64,000 nucleotides of DNA from Candidatus Uhrbacteria bacterium. GTDB taxonomy: Bacteria; Patescibacteriota; Patescibacteriia; UBA9934. The position numbers and the translations under genes were made by a program. The notes under the pieces were generated by a model. It ran no database searches, was not told where the DNA came from, and saw nothing but the letters and a program-made list of their open reading frames with translations. This document shows, piece by piece, positions 48,795 through 59,961 of the stretch. The stretch's first letter is position 1; every line of letters begins with the position of its first letter. The stretch spans positions 71,294-135,293 of the forward strand of contig JABJOE010000006.1 in NCBI GenBank assembly GCA_018664485.1, given 5' to 3'.

Positions 48795-49784
48795 TTGAAC
48801 CCTGACGACAATGACGCGTTACTACAAAGCGCGCTTCGAGAAATCACCCGTCTGAAAAAACGGATTGAGAAACTGGAAACCGATGGAGTGACTGGCCTGT
48901 ACGTTGGAACCCTCCTTCGTGAAGACCTATTCCACGCAGTTTCCGGACCTCTCGCAAGCAGCGCTGCCGACGGCCTTCGCAGAGGTTGTCCAATCTCCAA
49001 CTACAGCAACGAGGAGTTGAAGGAACTCTGGGTATGCTTGGCAGCTATCGACGTCGACTACCTCACGCTCTGGAATCAGTTGCGTGGATCACATGCCGAC
49101 GGCAATCGAGCCTTTCGAGGAATCGGCTCAGCACTTCGCGAAGCCGGTAGCTCAGTCGAGTTGGCAAAGTTCTACCGAATCACCGGTGGGGACGAGCTCG
49201 CAGGACTCATCGTGGGAGACCAAAATGAGGCCATGGGCATCATGGACCAAGCTCAGAGGACGGCCAAGGAAACTCAGGTCTATGAAGGGCAACCACTTCC
49301 GGTGAATTTCACCTACGGTGTAGCGTCACTCATCGAGGCACTCGTGATTTACGGACGGCTGGACCCAAGTCTGATCCCTCCTGGCACGCGAGCACCCACA
49401 ACAGTGACCTTCCAGCTTCTGATGACGCTAGCCGACGCGCGGAGCTACAACTCCAAAGTCATTCGGCGAATGCTGCTGCTCACAGCCCTCTACAACCACG
49501 AGCGAGATCTTCTCGACAAGGTCTCCAAGTGGCTCACAAAAGGCATGCGCGGTAACGCCATGGCAACCGTTGCTGGGCTATGTGAACAGACCGTTGACCA
49601 ACGCGTAATCGCAATCGCCAATCTGATCGAGCGCGAAAGATCAGAAATGCTGACAAAGGAGCAGGTTGGAAGCCAATCACGGCTGATCCAAGAGGGCTCG
49701 GGACTTCCGCTCCAAGCAACTCTGGAAATCATGCGGATGGCTCGACTTCCATTCCCCGCGACACTCGTACCACATCTCTTCTAG
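48795..49784 (+). CDS. GGDEF/Cas10-palm-like nucleotidyl cyclase-fold protein with degenerate GGDEL motif and N-terminal coiled coil
   Basis: IDVDYLTLWNQLRGSHADGNRAFRGIGSALREA .. AKFYRITGGDELAGLIV .. AMGIMDQAQRTA .. FTYGVAS aligns to GGDEF-domain blocks (DxDxFK.iND.GH..GD, RyGGEEF, iR); GC-rich. Confidence 0.6.
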   Translation: MNPDDNDALLQSALREITRLKKRIEKLETDGVTGLYVGTLLREDLFHAVSGPLASSAADGLRRGCPISNYSNEELKELWVCLAAIDVDYLTLWNQLRGSHADGNRAFRGIGSALREAGSSVELAKFYRITGGDELAGLIVGDQNEAMGIMDQAQRTAKETQVYEGQPLPVNFTYGVASLIEALVIYGRLDPSLIPPGTRAPTTVTFQLLMTLADARSYNSKVIRRMLLLTALYNHERDLLDKVSKWLTKGMRGNAMATVAGLCEQTVDQRVIAIANLIERERSEMLTKEQVGSQSRLIQEGSGLPLQATLEIMRMARLPFPATLVPHLF

Positions 49785-49851
49785 TTTTTCCGATCCTCTT
49801 TCCGGACCTTCGTCAAACGAAGTTCTGAATAAGCCGATCGATAAAAACAAA

Positions 49852-49881
49852 AGCCCGCTGCCGTTTCTTCGGTAGCGGGCT
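49852..49881. terminator. Bidirectional terminator between the GGDEF-like gene and gyrA
   Basis: AGCCCGCTGCCG-tttcttc-GGTAGCGGGCT hairpin. Confidence 0.6.
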
Positions 49882-49893
49882 CTGTGCATCTAA

Positions 49894-52545
49894 CTATTTT
49901 TTCTTCTTTCCAGGCTTTGCCTTGCTGGATTTCGGAGATGCTTTCTTTTTAGCTTTTTCTGCAGGCTTTTTCGCCTTTGCAGTTTTCTTGCCGGCGCCCT
50001 TTTCAGGTGCTTGAGCGGCTTCAACGTTCTTTACCGCCTCCTCAACAGCCTCGGCAGCAGATTCGTTATCAATAAATGCAACACTTGATACCTGGTCATC
50101 ACCCTTCTTAAATCGCATGACTCGCACACCCTGTGTAGCGTGACCAAGAGATGAGATAGATTTCACAGACATTCGAATAACCTGACCTCCAGATGAGATC
50201 ACGAGAAGATCACGTGAATCCTTTTTCTTCACGATACGTCCTGTGATGATAGCTCCGGTTCGATCAGTGATCTTCGCAGTACGCACTCCAAGTCCTCCAC
50301 GGTTTTGCACGTTGTATTCTTTCAGAGCAGTTCGCTTACCGTAACCATTCTCGGTAATAACCATGAATTGGTCGCCAGCTTCACCCTCGCTCACAACTCC
50401 CATTCCAACAACGCGATCTTCACCCTTCATCTTAATTCCACGCACTCCAGATGCCACACGTCCCATTGGGCGAACATCACCCTCTGAGAACCGGATAGCC
50501 ATTCCACGAGCAGTAGCCAAGATAATCTCGTCATCACCCGTAGTTGTACGAGCCCACTCAAGTGCATCTCCGTTTTTAAGCTTGATCGCTATCAAACCGG
50601 TTGATCGTACATTTTCAAAATCAGAAATGTCGGTCTTCTTTACAGTTCCCTGCTTGGTCACCATTGTGATGTACTTCGCAGTCTCCAGATCTCCAGACTT
50701 CATCGTTGTAGTCACAGCCTCACCCGGAGCCAACTGTAAGAAGTTCACGATCGCTTGCCCCTTAGACGTTCTAGACGCCTCAGGAACCTCATACACCTTC
50801 AACTTAAACACGCGCCCACGAGATGTGAAGAACATGATATCTTGGTGCGTTGTAGTTGAGAAAATATCTTCAACTGTATCAGCTTCTTTTGTGGTGAGTC
50901 CCATCACTCCCTTTCCACCACGCGTTTGTGTCTTGAAAGTATCCGGTGCAATACGCTTGATGTACCCGTCCTTTGTCATCATCACGATAGTCTGCTCATC
51001 TGGAATAACATCCTCCATTGAGAAGTCTTTCACACCAGCTTTCACAATCTTCGTTCGACGATCTTCACCATACTTCTCGATCACCTCTTCCAACTCCTCG
51101 CGAATAACGCTCAGAATTCTCTTTGGTGACGCCAAGATAGCCTTCAGGTGCTTGATTAGTGCCATCTTATCGTTATATTCCTGCTCAATCTTCAAACGCT
51201 CGAGGTTTGCCAAACTTGAAAGGCGCATCTCCAAGATAGCAACAGCCTGCCGCTCACTCATCTTGAAAGACTTAACCAAATTCCCTCGCGCTTCTTCCTT
51301 GTCTTTTGATTTCTTGATTGTAGCGATAACTTTGTCGATCTTGAGAAGTGCGATACGTAACCCTTCCAAAATATGCGCACGCTCAAGAGCCTTATCCAAA
51401 TCATACTGAGTACGCCGCCTAACAACATTTTGACGATGTTTAATGTACTCTTCCAAAATCATCTTCAAGTTCAACGTACGTGGCTGACGTCCCTGCTCTA
51501 CCAAACAAACCATGTTGTAGTGGAATGATGTCTGCAACTGTGTAGCTTGGTACAAACGGTTAAGAACCTTCCGAGGATATGCATCGCGCTTAAGTTCGAT
51601 CACAACACGTACACCTTCCTTTGAAGACTCATCACGCAAGTCACGAATTCCTTCGATCTTCTTTGCTCGAACCAAATCTGCAATCTTCTCAAGCATCGCA
51701 GCCTTGTTCACCATGTAAGGAATTTCCGACACAATAATGCGGAAAGCACCCTTCTTGCCCTCAACGATCTCAGCTTGTGCGCGAACAACGACACCACCAC
51801 GCCCTGTCGAACATGCGGCTTTAATATCTTTCGCTCCATATGCAATTGCACCGGTTGGAAAGTCTGGACCCTTAACGTGCTGCAAGAGATCATCCATCGT
51901 TGCATCCGGATTATCCATCAATGTCAAAATAGCGGCACCGATCTCGCGCAAGTTATGCGGAGGGATATTGGTCGCCATTCCAACAGCAATTCCTAGAGTT
52001 CCGTTAACCAAAAGGTTTGGCAATCGGCCAGGAAGTACAGAAGGTTCTTTATGGGAACCGTCATAGTTCGGTCTAAAATCGACTGTATTTCGTTCAATAT
52101 CTAAAAGTAGTTCTTCGGCTACTGCCTGTAGCTTCGCCTCCGTATATCGCATGGCAGCTGCGGAGTCTCCGTCCATAGAACCGAAGTTTCCCTGACCACG
52201 AACGAGCTGGTGACGATAAGAAAACTCTTGCGCCATTCGAACCATCGCCTCGTAAATGGAAGAGTCTCCATGAGGGTGGTACTTAGCCATCACTTCTCCG
52301 ACAACGTTTGCAGACTTTCGGAATCGAGCGTTAGCACGCAGGCCAATAGACCACATCGCGTACAAAATACGACGCTGTACAGGCTTCAAGCCATCACGAA
52401 CATCCGGAAGAGCACGAGAAACAATAACACTCATTGCGTAATCCAAATACGCAGTCTTCATCTCCTCGGTAATGTCCTGCTTGATAATTCCACCAACCGC
52501 GAATTCGCTCTCTTCACCTTCTTCGGACTTTTTATTTTTTGCCAT
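49894..52545 (-). CDS. gyrA: DNA gyrase subunit A with lysine-rich C-terminal tail
   Basis: 883 aa; AAMRYTE active-site Tyr region, QRRILYAM, GyrA-box-containing C-terminal beta-pinwheel repeats. Confidence 0.96.
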   Translation of the reverse strand: MAKNKKSEEGEESEFAVGGIIKQDITEEMKTAYLDYAMSVIVSRALPDVRDGLKPVQRRILYAMWSIGLRANARFRKSANVVGEVMAKYHPHGDSSIYEAMVRMAQEFSYRHQLVRGQGNFGSMDGDSAAAMRYTEAKLQAVAEELLLDIERNTVDFRPNYDGSHKEPSVLPGRLPNLLVNGTLGIAVGMATNIPPHNLREIGAAILTLMDNPDATMDDLLQHVKGPDFPTGAIAYGAKDIKAACSTGRGGVVVRAQAEIVEGKKGAFRIIVSEIPYMVNKAAMLEKIADLVRAKKIEGIRDLRDESSKEGVRVVIELKRDAYPRKVLNRLYQATQLQTSFHYNMVCLVEQGRQPRTLNLKMILEEYIKHRQNVVRRRTQYDLDKALERAHILEGLRIALLKIDKVIATIKKSKDKEEARGNLVKSFKMSERQAVAILEMRLSSLANLERLKIEQEYNDKMALIKHLKAILASPKRILSVIREELEEVIEKYGEDRRTKIVKAGVKDFSMEDVIPDEQTIVMMTKDGYIKRIAPDTFKTQTRGGKGVMGLTTKEADTVEDIFSTTTHQDIMFFTSRGRVFKLKVYEVPEASRTSKGQAIVNFLQLAPGEAVTTTMKSGDLETAKYITMVTKQGTVKKTDISDFENVRSTGLIAIKLKNGDALEWARTTTGDDEIILATARGMAIRFSEGDVRPMGRVASGVRGIKMKGEDRVVGMGVVSEGEAGDQFMVITENGYGKRTALKEYNVQNRGGLGVRTAKITDRTGAIITGRIVKKKDSRDLLVISSGGQVIRMSVKSISSLGHATQGVRVMRFKKGDDQVSSVAFIDNESAAEAVEEAVKNVEAAQAPEKGAGKKTAKAKKPAEKAKKKASPKSSKAKPGKKKK

Positions 52546-52549
52546 AAAA

Positions 52550-52957
52550 TTACTCTGTTTCCCCTTCAGTATCGAGAACCTCTACTATATCGAGAGCCTC
52601 TTCAATTATCTCTACCTCTTCCGCTTTTTCTTCAAATCGCTTCATCAATTCACCCGCTAAAAGTTCCTCACTCTCTTCTTGAGCCTGAGCTTGTACGAAA
52701 GCCTCTTCCCCACCTTGGAATACAGATCCAAACTGACCTCCCAAACCAGGAATCAACTCTTCAATCTCTGTTAGATAGCCTGAAGTGTCCACGCCAGTTC
52801 CGTCATCAACCATTTGCGCTATATCTGACGCAGCTTCATTTGCGAACATCTGCTTGATTTGCATAGCCCAAACACCAAATACGATAATGATACCGACAAA
52901 AGTACCAATCATCACGATGCGATGCTTTTGAACGTGTTTTGGATCCTTGATGCGCAT
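52550..52957 (-). CDS. Hypothetical single-pass membrane protein with acidic C-terminus
   Basis: 135-aa ORF, one TM helix. Confidence 0.45.
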   Translation of the reverse strand: MRIKDPKHVQKHRIVMIGTFVGIIIVFGVWAMQIKQMFANEAASDIAQMVDDGTGVDTSGYLTEIEELIPGLGGQFGSVFQGGEEAFVQAQAQEESEELLAGELMKRFEEKAEEVEIIEEALDIVEVLDTEGETE

Positions 52958-52967
52958 AGACTATCGA

Positions 52968-53618
52968 TTAACTTCGAGAGAGAACTACAATCTGCATATC
53001 TTCTGCTGGGAGCGCGCTCTTTTTGATCTTCAATGTACTGACATCTTCACGCGCACAAGAAAGTTCTTTACAGATACCTTCAACATCAGACGACTCTTTC
53101 TTCAATCCCTTTGTGTTTACGTATGTTGGGATAACCATCCGTGGCTCAACTTGTGAAACAACTTCTGACGCACCCTTTGCATCCAATACGTCACCGCCAC
53201 CTGACGGCACAGCTAGAATATCAATTGAACCTAAGCGCTCTATTTCCTGATTAGTAAGCGGACGGTCAATAGCTCCCAAAAATCCGATTGAAATTCCTTC
53301 TAAATCGAAACGATAAATTGTATGTGGTGTCTTATCCTTTAATGGAGCCGAAATTCCGGTCACAAAAATACCGCGAACTTCAAACTCACCTGCGTAGCGA
53401 ACGGCAAAAGGTTTTGTATTATGCAGCTCACCTTCTATAACTTCAAAATTGTCCGACTCTATCGAATCGTGAGACGAAACAACGATGCTCGCCTTGAGTG
53501 TGCGCGGAAAGCGCAATCCGGTCTCATTTTGATATGGGTTCGTGACCAATGTCACCTCGCCTTCAACTGGCTTTCCAGTGATTACTAGGCTCCCAAGTCC
53601 ATTCCAAGAAATTTTCAT
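52968..53618 (-). CDS. MBL-fold metal-dependent hydrolase (Lactamase_B_3-like small form)
   Basis: 216 aa; SHDSIESDNF His/Asp cluster and beta-lactamase-fold pattern. Confidence 0.55.
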   Translation of the reverse strand: MKISWNGLGSLVITGKPVEGEVTLVTNPYQNETGLRFPRTLKASIVVSSHDSIESDNFEVIEGELHNTKPFAVRYAGEFEVRGIFVTGISAPLKDKTPHTIYRFDLEGISIGFLGAIDRPLTNQEIERLGSIDILAVPSGGGDVLDAKGASEVVSQVEPRMVIPTYVNTKGLKKESSDVEGICKELSCAREDVSTLKIKKSALPAEDMQIVVLSRS

Positions 53619-53716
53619 AGCGGCTGTAGTTTAGCACGAGGGCCACTTTGGCTCAAGCCTATCTCAAAGCAAATTCAACCCAGATTAAAGTACTTTCTGT
53701 ATTCGTAAAAACAAGA

Positions 53717-54418
53717 CTAACCTTCGTCTACTTCGTTAAGTACTGTATTCCAATACTCCATTTCTTTCACAATCTCTTCTTCTGACGGATCACGCTCCAC
53801 GACAGACCACCCTTCCTCTAAACGATCTGCAACACTATCAATCTCCCCCTTCCACTGCTTGTCATCCTGCCCCATAGCGCGCAAGCGATCGATCAATGCC
53901 TGGAGACGAGCAGCTTCACTTGTCCAATGCTCAACAAGATCTTCGTATTTCTTTTCACGCGAATGCGCACGCTCATCACATTGATTGTCCAATATATCAT
54001 CACATAACAATATCGCTTGAGTAACCTGATAACGCTCGTCAGCGGTAAGCTGATCCTCGAACAAAGGACTCTTTATATAATCCTCTAAAATAACTCCATG
54101 CTTCGTCATCTCTTGCACTTTGCGCTTAACGCTATCTTCCAACCGATCAAAAACCGCAGTTTGCAATCGCTGTTCCTCATCTCCAGCACATAATTCTTCA
54201 TATGCTTTTCTATATGGAAGCTCCTTGCGTCCAATCAACGTCAAAGCCTGATGGATTTGTTTACTCGTAGTGTCTACGCTGTCGGAAAGCTCCTGATGCA
54301 ACTTTTTTGCCTCCTCAATAATCTCAGGCGGCGTGAGCGGCACGAGCTTATCGACGGCAAATTTGAACTGATCTAAGTACGATTGATGTGGATGATTCAT
54401 ATAGGACAATGATAACAC
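53717..54418 (-). CDS. Hypothetical all-alpha acidic protein
   Basis: 233-aa ORF, no motif recognised. Confidence 0.45.
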   Translation of the reverse strand: MLSLSYMNHPHQSYLDQFKFAVDKLVPLTPPEIIEEAKKLHQELSDSVDTTSKQIHQALTLIGRKELPYRKAYEELCAGDEEQRLQTAVFDRLEDSVKRKVQEMTKHGVILEDYIKSPLFEDQLTADERYQVTQAILLCDDILDNQCDERAHSREKKYEDLVEHWTSEAARLQALIDRLRAMGQDDKQWKGEIDSVADRLEEGWSVVERDPSEEEIVKEMEYWNTVLNEVDEG

Positions 54419-54607
54419 AGAAGAATTTAATATTTCGTTCTATATATGGATATAAATGCTCACTTTGGCCAACTGTCTAAAAACCTTACGGATATGGCCT
54501 ATTCTTGACAAATAGGGTCCAATTTACTATAGTTCTCGCGCTTACTAATTCTTAGCACCTGAAGGCCGTACCCGAGATTTCGGAGCCGCCGTCAGGAATA
54601 TATAGAT

Positions 54608-55870
54608 ATGTCTGATACATCAGAACTACATAAGCTGCTCGAAGAGCAGGACCAGTACCTAGCCGTTCCCGGACTAGGTGATTTAATTTCTGCGACAGTT
54701 TTGTCTACAAAAGGTCGAGAAATTCGATTGGACGTTAACGGTCTGATGACCGGAACAGTTCGAGGAAAAGAACTTTTTACAGAGAGCGGTGACTACTCTA
54801 ACCTTCAGCCTGGAGATAAGGTTGAAGCTACAGTCATCGATCTTGAAAACGAAAATGGAGAAGTTGAGCTTTCATTCCGCTACGCTGGAAACAAGAAAGC
54901 TTGGGAGGAGATGCGCTCACAGCTAAGCGACGGTGAAGTTATCGACGCCAAGGTGTTAGACGCAAACAAGGGTGGACTTATTATGAAGGTTCGACACTTG
55001 CAAGGTTTCCTTCCTGTGTCACAGCTTGCTCCTGAGCACTATCCACGAGTTAGTGGTGGTGACAAGCAGAAGATTCTAGATAAGCTTCGTGAGTTTGTTG
55101 GTCAGAAGCTTCGTGTGAAGATCCTTGACCTACACGAGTCAGACGAAAAGCTAATCGTTTCAGAAAAAGCTGTTTGGGAGTCTGAACAAAAGAATATTAT
55201 CGACCAGATTTCAGTTGGACAGGACATTGAAGGTGAAATCACAGCACTTGCTGATTTCGGAGCCTTCGTAAAGTTCTATCCAAAAGGAGATGGTGCTACA
55301 GCACTTGAAGGTCTCGTACATATTTCCGAGATTGCATGGCAGCGAATTGATCATCCGAAAGATCTTCTCAAGGTACACCAGAGTGCAAAGGCGCAGATCA
55401 TCGGAATTGAAGGTTCTAAGATCTTCCTCTCTATGAAGAAGTTGATCGCTGACCCTTGGCAGAACGTTGAATCAAAGTACCAGGTTGGAGATGTCGTTGA
55501 AGGAACGATCCTCAAGGTAAACCCATTTGGATTCTTCGTTGAGTTGGACGCTGACATTCATGGACTAGCTCACGTAAGTGAACTTTCAAGTAAGCCAGTA
55601 ACTGACCCTAAGACTCTCGGAAAGGCCGGAGAGAAGAAGGAATTCAAGATTGTATCAATCGAACCTGCTGAGCACAGACTTGGTCTATCTCTAAAAGCTA
55701 TGGAAGCTGGAGGTGAGACAACTGAGAAAGCTCCAAAAGCTAAAAAGAAGAAGGAAGCTGAAGTTAAGGAGGAGGCAGTGGAAGAGGTAAAAGCTGAGGA
55801 AGTAGTGTCTGAGGACGCTGCGACCGAGGAAGTGAAGACTGAGAAGAAGGAAGAGGAAACAAAAGAATAA
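54608..55870 (+). CDS. rpsA: S1 RNA-binding domain protein (ribosomal protein S1-like, 4 S1 repeats) with KE-rich C-terminal tail
   Basis: 420 aa; repeated S1 OB-fold units (G..V.G.V..I..FGAFV). Confidence 0.8.
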   Translation: MSDTSELHKLLEEQDQYLAVPGLGDLISATVLSTKGREIRLDVNGLMTGTVRGKELFTESGDYSNLQPGDKVEATVIDLENENGEVELSFRYAGNKKAWEEMRSQLSDGEVIDAKVLDANKGGLIMKVRHLQGFLPVSQLAPEHYPRVSGGDKQKILDKLREFVGQKLRVKILDLHESDEKLIVSEKAVWESEQKNIIDQISVGQDIEGEITALADFGAFVKFYPKGDGATALEGLVHISEIAWQRIDHPKDLLKVHQSAKAQIIGIEGSKIFLSMKKLIADPWQNVESKYQVGDVVEGTILKVNPFGFFVELDADIHGLAHVSELSSKPVTDPKTLGKAGEKKEFKIVSIEPAEHRLGLSLKAMEAGGETTEKAPKAKKKKEAEVKEEAVEEVKAEEVVSEDAATEEVKTEKKEEETKE

Positions 55871-56037
55871 GAAGAACAATAATAACCCACTTAGGGACGA
55901 CGGCTTGCTCCAGCGGCAATCCATCTAGCACGCAGAACGATTTCCCCGGAGGAACCGGGGACCAAGCAAATAGTTCTGCGAGCTCCCCAAGGTGGGTTTT
56001 TATTATTCTTTAAAGTAGGGAAAGAGGGAGTGAAAAC

Positions 56038-57639
56038 ATGGGTCTAGCGCTCTTGCTTTTTTTATTGACAGATACCTGTTTTTCAAGCAACCTACTTCGG
56101 TCGGGCTCGATAGGACGAAAGTCATCGAGTTTTGACATGGACGTTACGTATAAAAAGACGTTTCAGGATTTACCTGGGCGTTTGCGATCATCGCGCGTAT
56201 GTAACACATTGAAAGGCAAAGTCATGTCACAGAAGTCAGTAACAGTCGATTTCCTCCTCGCCCTTGGTAATGCGGGAGCGGACAGAGAGCTCCTGCAAAA
56301 GCTCACCGAGATCATCAGACGCGGACGCGTCGAACCCCTTGAAGATGGTGAAGTGAGCCGATTCAAGTGGCCGATCAAACTCCATGGAGAGTATCGCATC
56401 CGCGACATCAGGCTTTGCATCAATGGAAGTATGCAGGTGCTTGTGACAAACAAGGCCCGTAGGGTGCCTGAGCTATGGGTTGGACAGATCAACGACTCAA
56501 ATCCAGACAACTGGGAAAATCTACTGGACGGGAATGCCTCTTACGTGATCCTGCTCGGCTTCGGTGTCGACGGGACACACATGTACCTATGGCTGGACCA
56601 ACAAGATGAGGATGGTCAACGTCTATACCTGAGGTTCTATGATCGGGACCACGAGATCGACCATAAAATTGGAGGCCGTTTTGATGTAGATGCCCTGACA
56701 CGCAAGTACACCGCAAACCCGCCACTTACCTGGGTAGACGCAAACGGCGTGCAGTGCTCGTTACATCATCCGACACACAACCTGAGAGGCAATCTGTGCG
56801 TCAAAGTGAACGATCACTCAATTAAACCGGACCAGGCCGGACACATATACACCCCTCCGCGTGGGAGTGCGTGGATCGAATATTCCACACGATCCCATCA
56901 TGAGACGGTAGTAATACCCTCCCTTTCTTTCCGATCCAACGAACTTCGCGGATGCGTAGTTCCTGAGTCGGTAACGGACATCGATGATAAAGCATGTTTC
57001 CTGCAAGTCTCAGATCGTGGTGTCTTTCTCCACTATGGACAAACGAATCGCCAGCTACACGTAAACCTACGGCGCCACTCAGAAAAGATGTGGGTACGAG
57101 TCGTGGGCGACACTATGTTCATCAAGCACTGGGAACAGGACGACAGCACCGGCAACTGGAGCTGGGCACTGCAACTGATACGTGGTGGTGAACACCATGA
57201 GTGCATTGCGCTCGAGGCGATGTCGTTTGGACCAAGAAATCCAGACCCCATCATCCTTGGTGACATGGGATTTGCAATCATTTTGCATGACGGTCATAAC
57301 GATCCTCACAAGATCATGATCTTCGACAAAATGGGAGAACGTGTCCGCTACGAAACGAACGCTGTTACCAACCTACTAGAATATCGGCAAGAACGAGCAG
57401 AACTGAGCACCGCCGAGTGCAACGGCTGCCTGGTGATACGTAATCGAGATGAGGGCGGTAAAGCAAAGATCTCTGTCTTTGATCCGTTTGCGGACGAACA
57501 GACAATTCTCAACCAGATCGCATGCAGCGCGCCATGCCGCAACACCAAGGTCACAGACGTTGTATATGTTGAAGGCCAAGGATACCTGACGGTTCGTCAC
57601 ATCGGTGACGGAATCCTCTCGGTCATGCGCTTCGGATAG
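56038..57639 (+). CDS. Hypothetical protein (533 aa), His/Cys/Trp-rich, GC-richer than neighbours
   Basis: AGGGAG RBS 8 nt upstream of the ATG; hydrophobic N-terminus; hairpin CGCCCGCCCCGG..TGGGGCGGGC after the stop. Confidence 0.55.
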   Translation: MGLALLLFLLTDTCFSSNLLRSGSIGRKSSSFDMDVTYKKTFQDLPGRLRSSRVCNTLKGKVMSQKSVTVDFLLALGNAGADRELLQKLTEIIRRGRVEPLEDGEVSRFKWPIKLHGEYRIRDIRLCINGSMQVLVTNKARRVPELWVGQINDSNPDNWENLLDGNASYVILLGFGVDGTHMYLWLDQQDEDGQRLYLRFYDRDHEIDHKIGGRFDVDALTRKYTANPPLTWVDANGVQCSLHHPTHNLRGNLCVKVNDHSIKPDQAGHIYTPPRGSAWIEYSTRSHHETVVIPSLSFRSNELRGCVVPESVTDIDDKACFLQVSDRGVFLHYGQTNRQLHVNLRRHSEKMWVRVVGDTMFIKHWEQDDSTGNWSWALQLIRGGEHHECIALEAMSFGPRNPDPIILGDMGFAIILHDGHNDPHKIMIFDKMGERVRYETNAVTNLLEYRQERAELSTAECNGCLVIRNRDEGGKAKISVFDPFADEQTILNQIACSAPCRNTKVTDVVYVEGQGYLTVRHIGDGILSVMRFG

Positions 57640-58041
57640 ACCATGCGTCAATCGCCCGCCCCGGGTTCTCCTGGGGCGGGCAACTTGCATCCATATATTA
57701 AATTACTTCCTCCAGAACCCTTCGCGGAGGGTTTATAGAGCGTGGATGATAATGAGCACGTTCAAGGTCATGATCCGGCAAGAATAACCGAGTAGCAGAA
57801 TCGTCTCCATTATCACTACAAAATATACAACGGATGCCCGATTTTGCCAGTTATGATGACGGCTCTACCCTTGTACAGCGCAAGAATATCTAGATTTCTT
57901 AAACCCGCAGTATTATTGACATTACGAGCCCACCATGCAACAATCACGCGTGTAATAAAAGTGACCAGGTAATCAAGTGTTCAGGTATTAAAGCCTAACG
58001 CATCTCGCATACCCGATTACCCGCACCCCTGACCACTTACT

Positions 58042-59889
58042 ATGAAGCCATTATCAAAAAATATAATCATCGGTCTCCTAGTCGTAATCGCGCTAGGACT
58101 GATTTTCTCACAATACAATCTCTCAAATGAAGACCCTGAGGTTATCGGAACATCTTCACTCGTTGAGAAGATTGTTGCCAACGACGTAAGTCGTATTGAG
58201 ATCTTGCAAAACACTCTTGCGGTTTTCTCTGCCGACGAAACAGAATTCACAGTGAAGAAAGAATCTGGAGAATCACTTTCAGAACTTCTTACAAACTACG
58301 GTGTTACAAGCGAGCAACTTGCAGCCATCAATGTAGAGGTTGTTGAACCGAGTGCGTTAATGTCACTCCTTCGAAGTATTCTCCCAACATTAATCTTCTT
58401 GGTAGGTTTCGTAATCGTGTTCTGGTTCCTAATGAACCAGATGCAAGGCGCAAACAACAAGGCAATGTCTTTTGGACAGTCAAAAGCTCGTCAATTTATA
58501 AACAAGAAAAACAAAGTTACATTTAAAGACGTTGCGGGAGCCAAGGAAGTAAAAGAAGAGGTTGCAGAAATTGTAGACTTCCTCAAACATCCAAAAAAAT
58601 TCACAGACGTCGGAGCAAAGATCCCAACAGGTGTTCTACTTATGGGTCCTCCGGGAACTGGTAAGACCCTATTAGCACGTGCAATCGCTGGGGAAGCAAA
58701 CGCTCCGTTCTTTCACATCTCTGGTTCAGAGTTCGTTGAAATGTTCGTAGGTGTTGGTGCTAGTCGTGTACGAGACCTATTTGCAAAGGCAAAGAAAGCA
58801 GCGCCATCCATCATCTTCATTGATGAGATCGATGCTGTTGGACGTCAACGTGGAACTGGAATGGGTGGAGGGCATGACGAGCGAGAGCAGACACTAAACC
58901 AGATCCTAGTTGAGATGGATGGTTTTGAAACAAACGCTGGAGTAATCGTAGTTGCCGCAACTAACCGTCCGGATGTTCTTGATCCAGCTCTACTTCGACC
59001 AGGACGTTTCGACCGTCGCGTTACACTTGATCTTCCGTCACGTAAGGATCGCCTACAGATCCTCGAGATCCACGCAAAGAACAAGCCGCTTGAAGGCGAC
59101 GTAAACTTGGAACGTATTGCTGAGCGAACTATCGGATTCTCTGGAGCTGACCTCATGAACATCATGAACGAAGGCGCAATCTTAGCTGCACGACAAGACA
59201 AAAAGAAAACTTCACAGACTCACCTCTTAGACGCAATTGAAAAGGTTATTCTCGGACCTGAACGGAAAGAACGAGTAACTACAGAAGATGAACGAAAGCT
59301 CACAGCCTATCACGAAGCAGGGCACGCAATTGTAGGACATGTCCTCCCTCACTGTGATGAAGTACACAAAGTATCAATCATCGCCCGAGGGCGCGCAGCC
59401 GGTTACACCATGAGCCTCCCTTCAAAGGAAAAGAAGATGCACTTCCGTCAGGAATTCATCGACGATATGGCTATGATGCTCGGAGGGTATGCAGCTGAGA
59501 AGGAAATCTTCGGAGACATCACAACAGGTGCTTCAAGCGACCTTGAACGAGCTACAAAGACAGCACGTAACCTAATCACACGCTACGGAATGAGTTCAAA
59601 GATGGGACCACGAACATTTGGTCAGACAAATGATCTAGTGTTCATCGGAAAAGACATGAACACACAGCGCGACTATTCAGAAAAGGCAGCGCAAGAAATC
59701 GATAGCGAGATCCTTGAACTCGTGAATGCAGCTCTTGCAACAGCAAAAGAAATTATCCACTCACATCGAGCTAAAATCGATAAGGTGGTAAAAGAATTGC
59801 TAGAGAAAGAGACTATCGAGAAAGAAGAATTTGAAAAACTTCTTGGGCCGTCGAACAAAGCTCCAAAAATCCAAATCGCTGGAGCGTAA
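58042..59889 (+). CDS. ftsH: ATP-dependent zinc metalloprotease FtsH
   Basis: 615 aa; N-terminal [10 protein letters not shown] Walker A, DEID Walker B, SRH region, HEAGHA zinc site. Confidence 0.96.
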   Translation: MKPLSKNIIIGLLVVIALGLIFSQYNLSNEDPEVIGTSSLVEKIVANDVSRIEILQNTLAVFSADETEFTVKKESGESLSELLTNYGVTSEQLAAINVEVVEPSALMSLLRSILPTLIFLVGFVIVFWFLMNQMQGANNKAMSFGQSKARQFINKKNKVTFKDVAGAKEVKEEVAEIVDFLKHPKKFTDVGAKIPTGVLLMGPPGTGKTLLARAIAGEANAPFFHISGSEFVEMFVGVGASRVRDLFAKAKKAAPSIIFIDEIDAVGRQRGTGMGGGHDEREQTLNQILVEMDGFETNAGVIVVAATNRPDVLDPALLRPGRFDRRVTLDLPSRKDRLQILEIHAKNKPLEGDVNLERIAERTIGFSGADLMNIMNEGAILAARQDKKKTSQTHLLDAIEKVILGPERKERVTTEDERKLTAYHEAGHAIVGHVLPHCDEVHKVSIIARGRAAGYTMSLPSKEKKMHFRQEFIDDMAMMLGGYAAEKEIFGDITTGASSDLERATKTARNLITRYGMSSKMGPRTFGQTNDLVFIGKDMNTQRDYSEKAAQEIDSEILELVNAALATAKEIIHSHRAKIDKVVKELLEKETIEKEEFEKLLGPSNKAPKIQIAGA

Positions 59890-59961
59890 AAACTTAGAAG
59901 CAAAGAGAACGTTAACGCGTTCTTTTTGTTTTAGAAAAGATGAGTGCATGTGTTAGAATAA

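Noticed and set aside
48572-49000. 142-aa minus-strand ORF in the divergent intergenic region of the GC-rich islet
   Set aside because: It overlaps the start and first 200 nt of the better-supported GGDEF-like gene on the other strand and has an Arg/Ser-rich translation typical of GC-rich antisense frames.
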